A DNA stretch of 64,000 bases, from assembly GCA_030390025.1 (NCBI GenBank), contig JASTWF010000035.1, positions 1,798,001-1,862,000 of the forward strand, in the 5' to 3' direction. Within the stretch, counting starts at the first letter, position 1, and each line of letters starts with the position of its first letter. Shown in pieces: positions 15,001 through 30,000 of the stretch. Below the pieces are notes generated by a model. That model searched no databases. It was given only the letters and a program-made list of their open reading frames with translations, and had not been told where the DNA came from. The stretch is from Squalus acanthias. Lineage: Eukaryota. A program made the translations under genes and the position numbers.

Positions 15001-18000
15001 AGGACTGTCCAGTGTGTAATCCATTGACTCAGGGGAGTGAGACTGTCCAGTGTGTAATCCATTGACTCAGGGGGAGTGAGACTGTCCAGTGTGTAATCCA
15101 TTGACTCAGGGGAGTGAGACTGTCCAGTGTGTAATCCATTGACTCAGGGGAGTGAGACTGTCCAGTGTGTAATCCATTGACTCAGGGGAGTGAGACTGTC
15201 CAGTGTGTAATCCATTGACTCAGGGGGAGTGAGACTGTCCAGTGTGTAATCCATTGACTCAGGGGGAGTGAGACTGTCCAGTGTGTAATCCATTGACTCA
15301 GGGGAGTGAGACTGTCCAGTGTGTAATCCATTGACTCAGGGGGAGTGAGACTGTCCAGTGTGTAATCCATTGACTCAGGGGAGTGAGACTGTCCAGTGTG
15401 TAATCCATTGACTCAGGGGGAGTGAGACTGTCCAGTGTGTAATCCATTGACTCAGGGGGAGTGAGGACTGTCCAGTGTGTAATCCATTGACTCAGGGGAG
15501 TGAGACTGTCCAGTGTGTAATCCATTGACTCAGGGGGAGTGAGACTGTCCAGTGTGTAATCCATTGACTCAGGGGGAGTGAGGACTGTCCAGTGTGTAAT
15601 CCATTGACTCAGGGGGAGTGAGACTGTCCAGTGTGTAATCCATTGACTCAGGGGGAGTGGGACTGTCCAGTGTGTAATCCATTGACTCAGGGGGAGTGGG
15701 ACTGTCCAGTGTGTAATCCATTGACTCAGGGGGAGTGAGACTGTCCAGTGTGTAATCCATTGACTCAGGGGGAGTGAGACTGTCCAGTGTGTAATCCATT
15801 GACTCAGGGGGAGTGGGACTGTCCAGTGTGTAATCCATTGACTCAGGGGGAGTGAGACTGTCCAGTGTGTAATCCATTGACTCGGGGAGTGAGACTGTCC
15901 AGTGTGTAATCCATTGACTCAGGGGGAGTGAGACTGTCCAGTGTGTAATCCATTGACTCAGGGGGAGTGAGACTGTCCAGTGTGTAATCCATTGACTCAG
16001 GGGGAGTGAGACTGTCCAGTGTGTAATCCATTGACTCAGGGGGAGTGGACTGTCCTGAGTGTAATCCATTGACTCAGGGGGGAGTGGGACTGTCCAGTGT
16101 GTAATCCATTGACTCAGGGGAGTGAGACTGTCCAGTGTGTAATCCATTGACTCAGGGGGAGTGGGACTGTCCAGTGTGTAATCCATTGACTCAGGGGGAG
16201 TGGGACTGTCCAGGACCAGCTGACTCCAGTGTGCAATCCATTGACTCAGGGGAGTGAGACTGTCCAGTGTGTAATCCATTGACTCAGGGGAGTGAGGACT
16301 GTCCCAGTGTGTAATCCATTGACTCAGGGGGAGTGAGACTGTCCAGTGTGTAATCCATTGACTCAGGGGGAGTGAGACTGTCCAGTGTGTAATCCATTGA
16401 CTCAGGGGGAGTGAGACTGTCCAGTGTGTAATCCATTGACTCAGGGGGAGTGAGGACTGTCCAGTGTGTAATCCATTGACTCAGGGGAGTGGACTGTCCC
16501 AGTGTGTAATCCATTGACTCAGGGGAGTGAGACTGTCCAGTGTGTAATCCATTGACTCGGGGAGTGAGACTGTCCAGTGTGTAATCCATTGACTCAGGGG
16601 GAGTGAGACTGTCCAGTGTGTAATCCATTGACTCAGGGGGAGTGGGACTGTCCAGTGTGTAATCCATTGACTCAGGGGGAGTGGGACTGTCCAGTGTGTA
16701 ATCCATTGACTCGGGGAGTGAGACTGTCCAGTGTGTAATCCATTGACTCAGGGGGAGTGAGACTGTCCAGTGTGTAATCCATTGACTCAGGGGGAGTGAG
16801 ACTGTCCAGTGTGTAATCCATTGACTCAGGGGGAGTGAGACTGTCCAGTGTGTAATCCATTGACTCAGGGGGAGTGAGACTGTCCAGTGTGTAATCCATT
16901 GACTCAGGGGGAGTGGGACTGTCCAGTGTGTAATCCATTGACTCAGGGGGAGTGAGACTGTCCAGTGTGTAATCCATTGACTCAGGGGACTGAGACTGTC
17001 CAGTGTGTAATCCATTGACTCAGGGGGAGTGAGACTGTCCAGTGTGTAATCCATTGACTCAGGGGGAGTGAGACTGTCCAGTGTGTAATCCATTGACTCA
17101 GGGGGAGTGAGACTGTCCAGTGTGTAATCCATTGACTCAGGGGGAGTGGACTGTCCAGTGTGTAATCCATTGACTCAGGGGGAGTGAGACTGTCCAGTGT
17201 GTAATCCATTGACTCAGGGGGAGTGGGACTGTCCAGTGTGTAATCCATTGACTCAGGGGGAGTGAGACTGTCCAGTGTGTAATCCATTGACTCAGGGGGA
17301 GTGAGACTGTCCAGTGTGTAATCCATTGACTCAGGGGGAGTGAGACTGTCCAGTGTGTAATCCATTGACTCAGGGGGAGTGAGACTGTCCAGTGTGTAAT
17401 CCATTGACTCAGGGGGACTGAGACTGTCCAGTGTGTAATCCATTGACTCAGGGGGAGTGAGACTGTCCAGTGTGTAATCCATTGACTCAGGGGAGTGAGA
17501 CTGTCCAGTGTGTAATCCATTGACTCAGGGGGAGTGAGACTGTCCAGTGTGTAATCCATTGACTCAGGGGGAGTGGACTGTCCAGTGTGTAATCCATTGA
17601 CTCAGGGGGAGTGGGACTGTCCAGTGTGTAATCCATTGACTCAGGGGAGTGAGACTGTCCAGTGTGTAATCCATTGACTCAGGGGGAGTGGGACTGTCCA
17701 GTGTGTAATCCATTGACTCAGGGGAGTGAGACTGTCCAGTGTGTAATCCATTGACTCAGGGGAGTGAGACTGTCCAGTGTGTAATCCATTGACTCAGGGG
17801 GAGTGAGACTGTCCAGTGTGTAATCCATTGACTCAGGGGGAGTGAGACTGTCCAGTGTGTAATCCATTGACTCAGGGGGAGTGAGACTGTCCAGTGTGTA
17901 ATCCATTGACTCAGGGGGAGTGAGACTGTCCAGTGTGTAATCCATTGACTCAGGGGGAGTGAGACTGTCCAGTGTGTAATCCATTGACTCAGGGGGAGTG

Positions 18001-21000
18001 AGACTGTCCAGTGTGTAATCCATTGACTCAGGGGGAGTGAGACTGTCCAGTGTGTAATCCATTGACTCAGGGGAGTGAGACTGTCCAGTGTGTAATCCAT
18101 TGACTCAGGGGGAGTGAGACTGTCCAGTGTGTAATCCATTGACTCAGGGGGAGTGAGACTGTCCAGTGTGTAATCCATTGACTCAGGGGGAGTGAGACTG
18201 TCCAGTGTGTAATCCATTGACTCAGGGGGAGTGAGACTGTCCAGTGTGTAATCCATTGACTCAGGGGGAGTGGGACTGTCCAGTGTGTAATCCATTGACT
18301 CAGGGGGAGTGAGACTGTCCAGTGTGTAATCCATTGACTCAGGGGGAGTGAGGACTGTCCAGTGTGTAATCCATTGACTCAGGGGGAGTGAGACTGTCCA
18401 GTGTGTAATCCATTGACTCAGGGGGAGTGGACTGTCCAGTGTGTAATCCATTGACTCAGGGGGAGTGGACTGTCCAGTGTGTAATCCATTGACTCAGGGG
18501 GAGTGAGACTGTCCAGTGTGTAATCCATTGACTCAGGGGGAGTGAGACTGTCCAGTGTGTAATCCATTGACTCAGGGGGAGTGAGACTGTCCAGTGTGTA
18601 ATCCATTGACTCAGGGGGAGTGAGACTGTCCAGTGTGTAATCCATTGACTCAGGGGGAGTGAGACTGTCCAGTGTGTAATCCATTGACTCAGGGGGAGTG
18701 AGACTGTCCAGTGTGTAATCCATTGACTCAGGGGGAGTGAGACTGTCCAGTGTGTAATCCATTGACTCAGGGGGAGTGAGACTGTCCAGTGTGTAATCCA
18801 TTGACTCAGGGGGAGTGGACTGTCCAGTGTGTAATCCATTGACTCAGGGGGAGTGAGACTGTCCAGTGTGTAATCCATTGACTCAGGGGGAGTGAGACTG
18901 TCCAGTGTGTAATCCATTGACTCAGGGGGAGTGAGACTGTCCAGTGTGTAATCCATTGACTCAGGGGGAGTGAGACTGTCCAGTGTGTAATCCATTGACT
19001 CAGGGGAGTGAGACTGTCCAGTGTGTAATCCATTGACTCAGGGGGAGTGAGACTGTCCAGTGTGTAATCCATTGACTCAGGGGGAGTGAGACTGTCCAGT
19101 GTGTAATCCATTGACTCAGGGGAGTGAGACTGTCCAGTGTGTAATCCATTGACTCAGGGGGAGTGAGACTGTCCAGTGTGTAATCCATTGACTCAGGGGG
19201 AGTGGGACTGTCCAGTGTGTAATCCATTGACTCAGGGGGAGTGGACTGTCCAGTGTGTAATCCATTGACTCAGGGGAGTGGGACTGTCCAGTGTGTAATC
19301 CATTGACTCAGGGGGAGTGAGACAGTCCAGTGTGTAATCCATTGACTCAGGGGAGTGAGACTGTCCAGTGTGTAATCCATTGACTCAGGGGGAGTGAGAC
19401 TGTCCAGTGTGTAATCCATTGACTCAGGGGGACTGAGACTGTCCAGTGTGTAATCCATTGACATCAGGGGGAGTGAGACTGTCCAGTGTGTAATCCATTG
19501 ACTCAGGGGGAGTGAGACTGTCCAGTGTGTAATCCATCTGACTCAGGGGGCTGTCCAGAGACTGTCCAAGTGTGTAATCCATTGACTCAGGGGGAGTGAG
19601 ACTGTCCAGTGTGTAATCCATTGACTCAGGGGAGTGAGACTGTCCAGTGTGTAATCCATTGACTCAGGGGGAGTGAGACTGTCCAGTGTGTTATCCATTG
19701 ACTCAGGGGGAGTGGGACTGTCCAGTGTGTAATCCATTGACTCAGGGGGAGTGAGACTGTCCAGTGTGTAATCCATTGACTCAGGGGAGTGAGACTGTCC
19801 AGTGTGTAATCCATTGACTCAGGGGGAGTGGGACTGTCCCAGGTGTAATCCATTGGACTCAGGGGAGTGGACTTGTCCCCAGTGTGTAATCCATTGACTC
19901 AGGGGATGAGACTGTCCAGTGTGTAATCCATTGACTCAGGGGGAGTGAGGACTGTCCAGTGTGTAATCCATTGACTCAGGGGGAGTGGACTGTCAGTGTG
20001 TAATCCATTGACTCAGGGGGAGTGAGACTGTCCAGTGTGTAATTCCATTGACTACAGGGGTGAGTGAGACTGTCCAGTGTGTAATCATTGACTCAGGGGG
20101 AGTGTGACTGTCCGTGTGTAATCCATTGACTCAGGGGGAGTGAGACTGTCCAGTGTGTAATCCATTGGATCAGTGGGGAGTGGGACTGTCCAGTGTGTAA
20201 TCCTTTGACTCAGTGGGGAGTGGGACTGTCCAGTGTGTAATCCATTGACTCAGGGGGAGTGAGGACTGTCAGTGTGTAATCCATTGACTCAGGGGGAAGT
20301 GAGACTGTCCAGTGTGTAATCCATTGACTCAGGGGAGTGAGACTGTCCAGTGTGTAATCATTGACTCAGGGGGAGTGAGGACTGTCCAGTGTGTAATCCA
20401 TTGACTCAGGGGGAGTGAGACTGTCCAGTGTGTAATCCATTGACTCAGGGGAGTGGGACTGTCCAGTGTGTAAATCCATTGACACAGGGGGAGTGAGACT
20501 GTCCAGTGTGTAATCCATTGACTCAGGGGGGAGTGAGACTGTCCAGTGTGTAATCCATTGACTCAGGGGGAGTGGGACTGTCCAGTGTGTAATCCATTGA
20601 CTCAGGGGGAGTGAGACTGTCCAGTGTGTAATCCATTGACTCAGGGGGATTGAGACTGTCCAGTGTGTAATCCATTGACTCAGGGGGAGTGAGACTGTCC
20701 AGTGTGTAATCCATTGACTGAGGGGAGTGGGACTGTCCAGTGTGTAATCCATTGACTCAGGGGGAGTGAGACTGTCCAGGTGTATTCCATTGACTCAGGG
20801 GGAGTGAGACTGTCCAGTGTGTAATCCATTGACTCAGGGGGAGTGAGACTGTCCAGTGTGTAATCCATTGACTCAGGGAGTGGGACTGTCCAGTGTGTAA
20901 TCCATTGACTCAGGGGGAGTGAGACTGTCCAGTGTGTAATCCATTGACTCAGGGGAGGGAGACTGTCCAGTGTGTAATCCATTGACTCAGGGGGAGTGGA

Positions 21001-24000
21001 CTGTCCGGTGTGTAATCCATTGACTCAGGGGGAGTGAGACTGTCCAGTGTGTAATCCATTGACTCAGGGGGAGTGAGACTGTCCAGTGTGTAATCCTTTG
21101 ACTCAGGGGGAGTGGGACTGTCCAGTGTGTAATCCATTGACTCAGGGGGAGTGGACTGTCCAGTGTGTAATCCATTGACTCAGGGGAGTGAGACTGTCCA
21201 GTGTGTAATCCATTGACTCAGGGGGAGTGGGACTGTCCAGTGTGAATCCATTGACTCAGGGAGTGGGACTGTCCAGTAATCCATGCTGAGACTGTCCATG
21301 TGTGTAATCCATTGACTCAGGGGGAGTGAGACTGTCAGTGTGTAATCCATTGACTCAGGGGGAGTGGGACTGTCCAGTGTGTAATCCATTGACTCAGGGG
21401 GGAGTGGGACTGTCCAGTGTGTAACCATTGACTCAGGGGGAGTGGAGACTGTCCAGTGTGTAATCCATTGACTCAAGGGGTAGTGAGACTGTCCAGTGTG
21501 AATCCATTGACTCAGGGGGAGTGAGACTGCCTCCAGTGTGTAATCCATAGACTCAGGGGAGTGGACTGCCCAGTGTGTAATCCATTTGACTCAGGGGTAC
21601 GTGAGACAGTCCAGTGTGTAATCCATTGACTCCAGGGGCTAGAGGAGACTGTCCAGTGAGTAATCCATTGACTCAGGGGGAGGACGTGTGACTGTCCAGT
21701 GTGATAATCCATTGACTCAGGGGAGTGAGACTGGTCCAGTGTGAATCCATTGACTCAGGGGAGTGAGACTGTCCGGTGTGTAATCCATTGACTCAGGGGA
21801 GTGAGACTGTCCAGTGTGTAATCCATTGACTCAGGGGAGTGAGACTGTCCAGTGTGTAATCCATTGACTCAGGGGAGTGAGACTGTCCAGTGTGTAATCC
21901 AATTGACTCAGGGGGAGTGAGACTGTCCAGTGTGTAATCCATTGACTCAGGGGAGCTGAGACTGTCAGTGTGTAATCCATTGACTCAGGGGAGTGGGACT
22001 GTCCAGTGTGTAATCCATTGACTCAGGGGGAGTGAGACTGTCCAGTGTGTAATCCATTGACTCAGGGGGAGTGGACTGTCCAGTGTGTAATCCATTGACT
22101 CAGGGGAGTGAGACTGTCAGTGTGTAATCCATTGACTCAGGGGAGACTGTCCAGGTGTAATCCATTGACTCGGGAGGTGAGACTGTCCAGTGTTGTAATC
22201 CATTGACTCAGGGGGAGTGAGACTGTCCAGTGTGTAATCCATTGACTCAGGGGGAGTGAGACTGTCCAGTGTGTAATCCATTGACTCAGGGGGAGTGAGG
22301 ACTGTCAGTGTGTAATCCATTGACTCGGGGGAGTGAGGACTGTCCAGTGTGTAATCCATTGACTCAGGGGAGTGGGACTGTCAGTGTGTAATCCATTGAC
22401 TCAGGGGGAGTGAGACTGTCCAGTGTGTAATCCATTGACTCAGGGGGAGTGAGACTGTCCAGTGTGTAATCCATTGACTCAGGGGAGTGAGACTGTCCAG
22501 TGTGTAATCCATTGACTCAGGGGGAGTGGACTGTCCAGTGTGTAATCCATTGACTCAGGGGGAGTGAGACTGTCCAGTGTGTAATCCATTGACTCAGGGG
22601 GAGTGAGACTGTCCAGTGTGTAATCCATTGACTCAGGGGGAGTGAGACTGTCCAGTGTGTAATCCATTGACTCAGGGGGAGTGAGACTGTCCAGTGTGTA
22701 ATCCATTGACTCAGGGGGAGTGGGACTGTCCAGTGTGTAATCCATTGACTCAGGGGGAGTGGGACTGTCCAGTGTGTAATCCATTGACTCAGGGGGAGTG
22801 AGACTGTCCAGTGTGTAATCCATTGACTCAGGGGGAGTGAGACTGTCCAGTGTGTAATCCATTGACTCAGGGGGAGTGAGACTGTCCAGTGTGTAATCCA
22901 TTGACTCAGGGAGTGAGACTGTCCAGTGTGTAATCCATTGACTCAGGGGGAGTGAGACTGTCCAGTGTGTAATCCATTGACTCAGGGGGAGTGAGACTGT
23001 CCAGTGTGTAATCCATTGACTCAGGGGGAGTGGACTGTCCAGTGTGTAATCCATTGACTCAGGGGAGTGAGACTGTCCAGTGTGTAATCCATTGACTCAG
23101 GGGGAGTGAGACTGTCCAGTGTGTAATCCATTGACTCAGGGGGAGTGAGACTGTCCAGTGTGTAATCCATTGACTCAGGGGAGTGAGACTGTCCAGTGTG
23201 TAATCCATTGACTCAGGGGGTGTGAGACTGTCCAGTGTGTAATCCATTGACTCAGGGGAGTGAGACTGTCCAGTGTGTAATCCATTGACTCAGGGGGAGT
23301 GAGACTGTCCAGTGTGTAATCCATTGACTCAGGGGAGTGAGACTGTCCAGTGTGTAATCCATTGACTCAGGGGAGTGAGACTGTCCAGTGTGTAATCCAT
23401 TGACTCAGGGGGAGTGAGACTGTCCAGTGTGTAATCCATTGACTCAGGGGGAGTGGACTGTCCAGTGTGTAATCCATTGACTCAGGGGAGTGAGACTGTC
23501 CAGTGTGTAATCCATTGACTCAGGGGAGTGAGACTGTCCAGTGTGTAATCCATTGACTCAGGGGAGTGAGACTGTCCAGTGTGTAATCCATTGACTCAGG
23601 GGAGTGAGACTGTCCAGTGTGTAATCCATTGACTCAGGGGGAGTGGACTGTCCAGTGTGTAATCCATTGACTCAGGGGGAGTGAGACTGTCCAGTGTGTA
23701 ATCCATTGACTCAGGGGAGTGAGACTGTCCAGTGTGTAATCCATTGACTCAGGGAGTGAGACTGTCCAGTGTGTAATCCATTGACTCAGGGGGAGTGAGA
23801 CTGTCCAGTGTGTAATCCATTGACTCAGGGAGTGAGACTGTCCAGTGTGTAATCCATTGACTCAGGGGGAGTGAGACTGTCCAGTGTGTAATCCATTGAC
23901 TCAGGGGGAGTGAGACTGTCCAGTGTGTAATCCATTGACTCAGGGGGAGTGAGACTGTCCAGTGTGTAATCCATTGACTCAGGGGGACTGAGACTGTCCA

Positions 24001-27000
24001 GTGTGTAATCCATTGACTCAGGGGGAGTGAGACTGTCCAGTGTGTAATCCATTGACTCAGGGGGAGTGGGACTGTCCAGTGTGTAATCCATTGACTCAGG
24101 GGGAGTGAGACTGTCCAGTGTGTAATCCATTGACTCAGGGGGAGTGAGACTGTCCAGTGTGTAATCCATTGACTCAGGGGGAGTGAGACTGTCCAGTGTG
24201 TAATCCATTGACTCAGGGGGAGTGAGACTGTCCAGTGTGTAATCCATTGACTCAGGGGGAGTGAGACTGTCCAGTGTGTAATCCATTGACTCAGGGGAGT
24301 GAGACTGTCCAGTGTGTAATCCATTGACTCAGGGGGAGTGAGACTGTCCAGTGTGTAATCCATTGACTCAGGGGAGTGAGACTGTCCAGTGTGTAATCCA
24401 TTGACTCAGGGGGAGTGAGACTGTCCAGTGTGTAATCCATTGACTCAGGGGAGTGAGACTGTCCAGTGTGTAATCCATTGACTCAGGGGGAGTGAGACTG
24501 TCCAGTGTGTAATCCATTGACTCAGGGGAGTGAGACTGTCCAGTGTGTAATCCATTGACTCAGGGGGAGTGAGACTGTCCAGTGTGTAATCCATTGACTC
24601 AGGGGGAGTGAGACTGTCCAGTGTGTAATCCATTGACTCAGGGGAGTGAGACTGTCCAGTGTGTAATCCATTGACTCAGGGGGAGTGGGACTGTCCAGTG
24701 TGTAATCCATTGACTCAGGGGGAGTGAGACTGTCCAGTGTGTAATCCATTGACTCAGGGGGAGTGGACTGTCCAGTGTGTAATCCATTGACTCAGGGGAG
24801 TGAGACTGTCCAGTGTGTAATCCATTGACTCAGGGGGAGTGAGACTGTCCAGTGTGTAATCCATTGACTCAGGGGGAGTGGGACTGTCCAGTGTGTAATC
24901 CATTGACTCAGGGGGAGTGAGACTGTCCAGTGTGTAATCCATTGACTCAGGGGACTGAGACTGTCCAGTGTGTAATCCATTGACTCAGGGGGAGTGAGAC
25001 TGTCCAGTGTGTAATCCATTGACTCAGGGGGAGTGAGGACTGTCCAGTGTGAATCCATTGACTCAGGGGGAGTGTGACTGTCCAGTGTGTAATCCATTGA
25101 CTCAGGGGGAGTGAGACTGTCCCAGTGTGTAATCCATTGACTCAGGGAGAGATGTCCATGTGTGTAATCCATTGATGGACTGACTGTTCCAGTGTGTAAT
25201 CCATGACTCCAGGGGAGTGAGACTGTCAGTGTGTAATCCATTGACATCGGGGGAGTGAGGACTGTCCAGTGTGTAATCCATTTGACTCAGGGGAGTGAGC
25301 ACTGTCCAGAGTGTAATCCATGCTCAGGGGAGTGGAGACTAGTCCAGTGTGTAATCATTGACTGAGGGGAAGTGAGACTGTCCCGTGTGTAATCCATTGA
25401 CTCAGGGGGAGTGAGACTGTCCAGTGTGTAATCCAATTGACTCAGGGGGAGTGAGACTGTCCAGTGTGTAATCCATTGACTCAGGGGAAGGTGAGGGACT
25501 GTCCAGTGTGTAAACCATTGACTCAGGGGAGTGAGACTGTCCAGTGGTGTAATCCCATTGACTCAGGGGGAGTGAGACTGTCCAGTGCTGTAATCCATTG
25601 ACTCAGAGATGTCCAGATCATGCTCGACTGACTGTCCAGTGTGTAATCCATTGACTCAGGGGGAGTGGGACTGTCCAGTGTGTAATCCATTGACTCAGGG
25701 GGAGTGAGACTGTCCAGTGTGTAATCCATTGACTCAGGGGGAGTGAGACTGTCCAGTGTGTAATCCATTGACTCAGGGGGAGTGAGACTGTCCAGTGTGT
25801 AATCCATTGACTCAGGGGGAGTGGGACTGTCCAGTGTGTAATCCATTGACTCAGGGGGAGTGAGACTGTCCAGTGTGTAATCCATTGACTCAGGGGGAGT
25901 GAGACTGTCCAGTGTGTAATCCATTGACTCAGGGGGAGTGGGACTGTCCAGTGTGTAATCCATTGACTCAGGGGGAGTGAGACTGTCCAGTGTGTAATCC
26001 ATTGACTCAGGGGAGTGAGACTGTCCAGTGTGTAATCCATTGACTCAGGGGGAGTGAGACTGTCCAGTGTGTAATCCATTGACTCAGGGGGAGTGGAGAC
26101 TGTCCAGTGTGTAATCCATTGACTCAGGGGGAGTGAGACTGTCCAGTGTGTAATCCATTGACTCAGGGGAGTGAGACTGTCCAGTGTGTAATCCATTGAC
26201 TCAGGGGGAGTGAGACTGTCCAGTGTGTAATCCATTGACTCAGGGGGAGTGAGACTGTCCAGTGTGTAATCCATTGACTCAGGGGGAGTGGGACTGTCCA
26301 GTGTGTAATCCATTGACTCAGGGGGAGTGAGACTGTCCAGTGTGTAATCCATTGACTCAGGGGAGTGAGACTGTCCAGTGTGTAATCCATTGACTCAGGG
26401 GGAGTGAGACTGTCCAGTGTGTAATCCATTGACTCAGGGGAGTGAGACTGTCCAGTGTGTAATCCATTGACTCAGGGGGAGTGAGACTGTCCAGTGTGTA
26501 ATCCATTGACTCAGGGGGAGTGAGACTGTCCAGTGTGTAATCCATTGACTCAGGGGGAGTGAGACTGTCCAGTGTGTAATCCATTGACTCAGGGGGAGTG
26601 AGACTGTCCAGTGTGTAATCCATTGACTCAGGGACTGAGACTGTCCAGTGTGTAATCCATTGACTCAGGGGGAGTGAGACTGTCCAGTGTGTAATCCATT
26701 GACTCAGGGGAGTGAGACTGTCCAGTGTGTAATCCATTGACTCAGGGGGAGTGAGACTGTCCAGTGTGTAATCCATTGACTCAGGGGGAGTGAGACTGTC
26801 CAGTGTGTAATCCATTGACTCAGGGGGAGTGAGGACTGTCCAGTGTGTAATCCATTGACTCAGGGGGAGTGAGACTGTCCAGTGTGTAATCCATTGACTC
26901 AGGGGAGTGAGACTGTCCAGTGTGTAATCCATTGACTCAGGGGAGTGAGACTGTCCAGTGTGTAATCCATTGACTCAGGGGGAGTGAGACTGTCCAGTGT

Positions 27001-30000
27001 GTAATCCATTGACTCAGGGGAGTGGGACTGTCCAGTGTGTAATCCATTGACTCAGGGGAGTGAGACTGTCCAGTGTGTAATCCATTGACTCAGGGGGAGT
27101 GAGACTGTCCAGTGTGTAATCCATTGACTCAGGGGAGGTGAGACTGTCCAGTGTGTAATCCATTGACTCAGGGGAGTGAGACTGTCCAGTGTGTAATCCA
27201 TTGACTCAGGGGGAGTGAGACTGTCCAGTGTGTAATCCATTGACTCAGGGGGAGTGAGACTGTCCAGTGTGTAATCCATTGACTCAGGGGGAGTGAGACT
27301 GTCCAGTGTGTAATCCATTGACTCAGGGGGAGTGGGACTGTCCAGTGTGTAATCCATTGACTCAGGGGGAGTGGGACTGTCCAGTGTGTAATCCATTGAC
27401 TCAGGGGGAGTGAGACTGTCCAGTGTGTAATCCATTGACTCAGGGGGAGTGAGACTGTCCAGTGTGTAATCCATTGACTCAGGGGGAGTGAGACTGTCCA
27501 GTGTGTAATCCATTGACTCAGGGGGAGTGGGACTGTCCAGTGTGTAATCCATTGACTCAGGGGGAGTGAGACTGTCCAGTGTGTAATCCATTGACTCAGG
27601 GGGAGTGAGACTGTCCAGTGTGTAATCCATTGACTCAGGGGGAGTGAGACTGTCCAGTGTGTAATCCATTGACTCAGGGGGAGTGAGACTGTCCAGTGTG
27701 TAATCCATTGACTCAGGGGGAGTGAGACTGTCCAGTGTGTAATCCATTGACTCAGGGGGAGTGAGACTGTCCAGTGTGTAATCCATTGACTCAGGGGGAG
27801 TGAGACTGTCCAGTGTGTAATCCATTGACTCAGGGGGAGTGAGACTGTCCAGTGTGTAATCCATTGACTCAGGGGGAGTGAGACTGTCCAGTGTGTAATC
27901 CATTGACTCAGGGGGAGTGAGACTGTCCAGTGTGTAATCCATTGACTCAGGGGGAGTGAGACTGTCCAGTGTGTAATCCATTGACTCAGGGGAGTGAGAC
28001 TGTCCAGTGTGTAATCCATTGACTCAGGGGAGTGAGACTGTCCAGTGTGTAATCCATTGACTCAGGGGGAGTGAGACTGTCCAGTGTGTAATCCATTGAC
28101 TCAGGGGGAGTGGGACTGTCCAGTGTGTAATCCATTGACTCAGGGGGAGTGGGACTGTCCAGTGTGTAATCCATTGACTCAGGGGAGTGAGGACTGTCCA
28201 GTGTTGTAATCCATTGACTCAGGGGGAGTGAGACTGTCAGTGTGTAATCCATTGACTCAGGGGGAGTGAGACTGTCCAGTGTGTAATCCATTGACTCAGG
28301 GGGGAGTGAGACTGTCCAGTGTGTAATCCATTGACTCAGGGGGAGTGGGGACTGTCCAGTGTGTAATCCATTGACTCAGGGGAGTGAGACTGTCCAGTGT
28401 GTAATCCCTTGACTCAGGGGGAGTGGGACTGTCCAGTGTGTAATCCATTGACTCAGGGGAGCTGAGACTGTCCAGTGTGTAATCCATTGACTCAGGGGGA
28501 CTGAGACTGTCCAGTGTGTAATCCATTGACTCAGGGGGAGTGGGACTGTCCAGTGTGTAATCCATTGACTCGGGGAGTGAGACTGTCCAGTGTGTAATCC
28601 ATTGACTCAGGGGGAGTGAGACTGTCCAGTGTGTAATCCATTGACTCAGGGGGAGTGAGACTGTCCAGTGTGTAATCCATTGACTCAGGGGACGTGAGAC
28701 TGTCCAGTGTGTAATCCATTGACTCAGGGGAGTGAGACTGTCCAGTGTGTAATCCATTGACTCAGGGGGAGTGAGACTGTCCAGTGTGTAATTCCATTGA
28801 CTCAGGGGGAGTGAGACTGTCCAGTGTGTAATCCATTGACTCAGGGGGAGTGGGACTGTCCAGTGTGTAATCCATTGACTCAGGGGGAGTGAGACTGTCC
28901 AGTGTGTATTCCATTGACTCAGGGGAGTGAGACTGTCCAGTGTGTAATCCATTGACTCAGGGGGAGTGGACTGTCCAGTGTGTAATCCATTGACTCAGGG
29001 GAGTGGGACTGTCCAGTGTGTAATCCATTGACTGAGGGGAGTGGGACTGTCCAGTGTGTAATCCATTGACTCAGGGGGAGTGAGACTGTCCAGTGTGTAA
29101 TCCATTGACTCAGGGGAGTGAGACTGTCCATGTGTAATCCATTGACTCAGGGGATGAGACTGTCCAGTGTGTAATCCATTGACTCAGGGGTGGGACTGAC
29201 CAGTGTGTAATCCATTGACTCAGGAGGGATGGGACTGTCCAGGTGTGTAATCCATTGACTCAGGGGGAGTGGGACTGGTCCAGTGTGTAATCCATTGACT
29301 CAGGGGGAGTGAGACTGTCCCAGTGTGTAATCCATTGACTCAGGGGGGAGTGAGGACTGTCCAGTGTGTAATTCCATTGACTCAGGGGGAGTGAAGACTG
29401 TCCAGTGTGTAATCCATTGACTCAGGGAGTGAGACTGTCCAGTGTGTAATCCATTGACTCAGGGAGTGAGACTGTCCAGTGTGTAATCCATTGACTCAGG
29501 GGAGTGAGACTGTCCAGTGTGTAATCCATTGACTCAGGGGAGTGGGACTGTCCAGTGTGTAATCCATTGACTCAGGGGAGTGGACTGTCCAGTGTGTAAT
29601 CCATTGACTCGGGGAGTGAGACTGTCCAGTGTGTAATCCATTGACTCAGGGAGTGAGACTGTCCAGTGTGTAATCCATTGACTCAGGGGGAGTGGGACTG
29701 TCCAGTGTGTAATCCATTGACTCAGGGGAGTGGGACTGTCCAGTGTGTAATCCATTGACTCAGGGGGAGTGAGACTGTCCAGTGTGTAATCCATTGACTC
29801 GGGGAGTGAGACTGTCCAGTGTGTAATCCATTGACTCAGGGGAGTGAGACTGTCCAGTGTGTAATCCATTGACTCAGGGGGAGTGAGACTGTCCAGTGTG
29901 TAATCCATTGACTCAGGGGGAGTGAGACTGTCCAGTGTGTAATCCATTGACTCAGGGGAGTGAGACTGTCCAGTGTGTAATCCATTGACTCAGGGGGAGT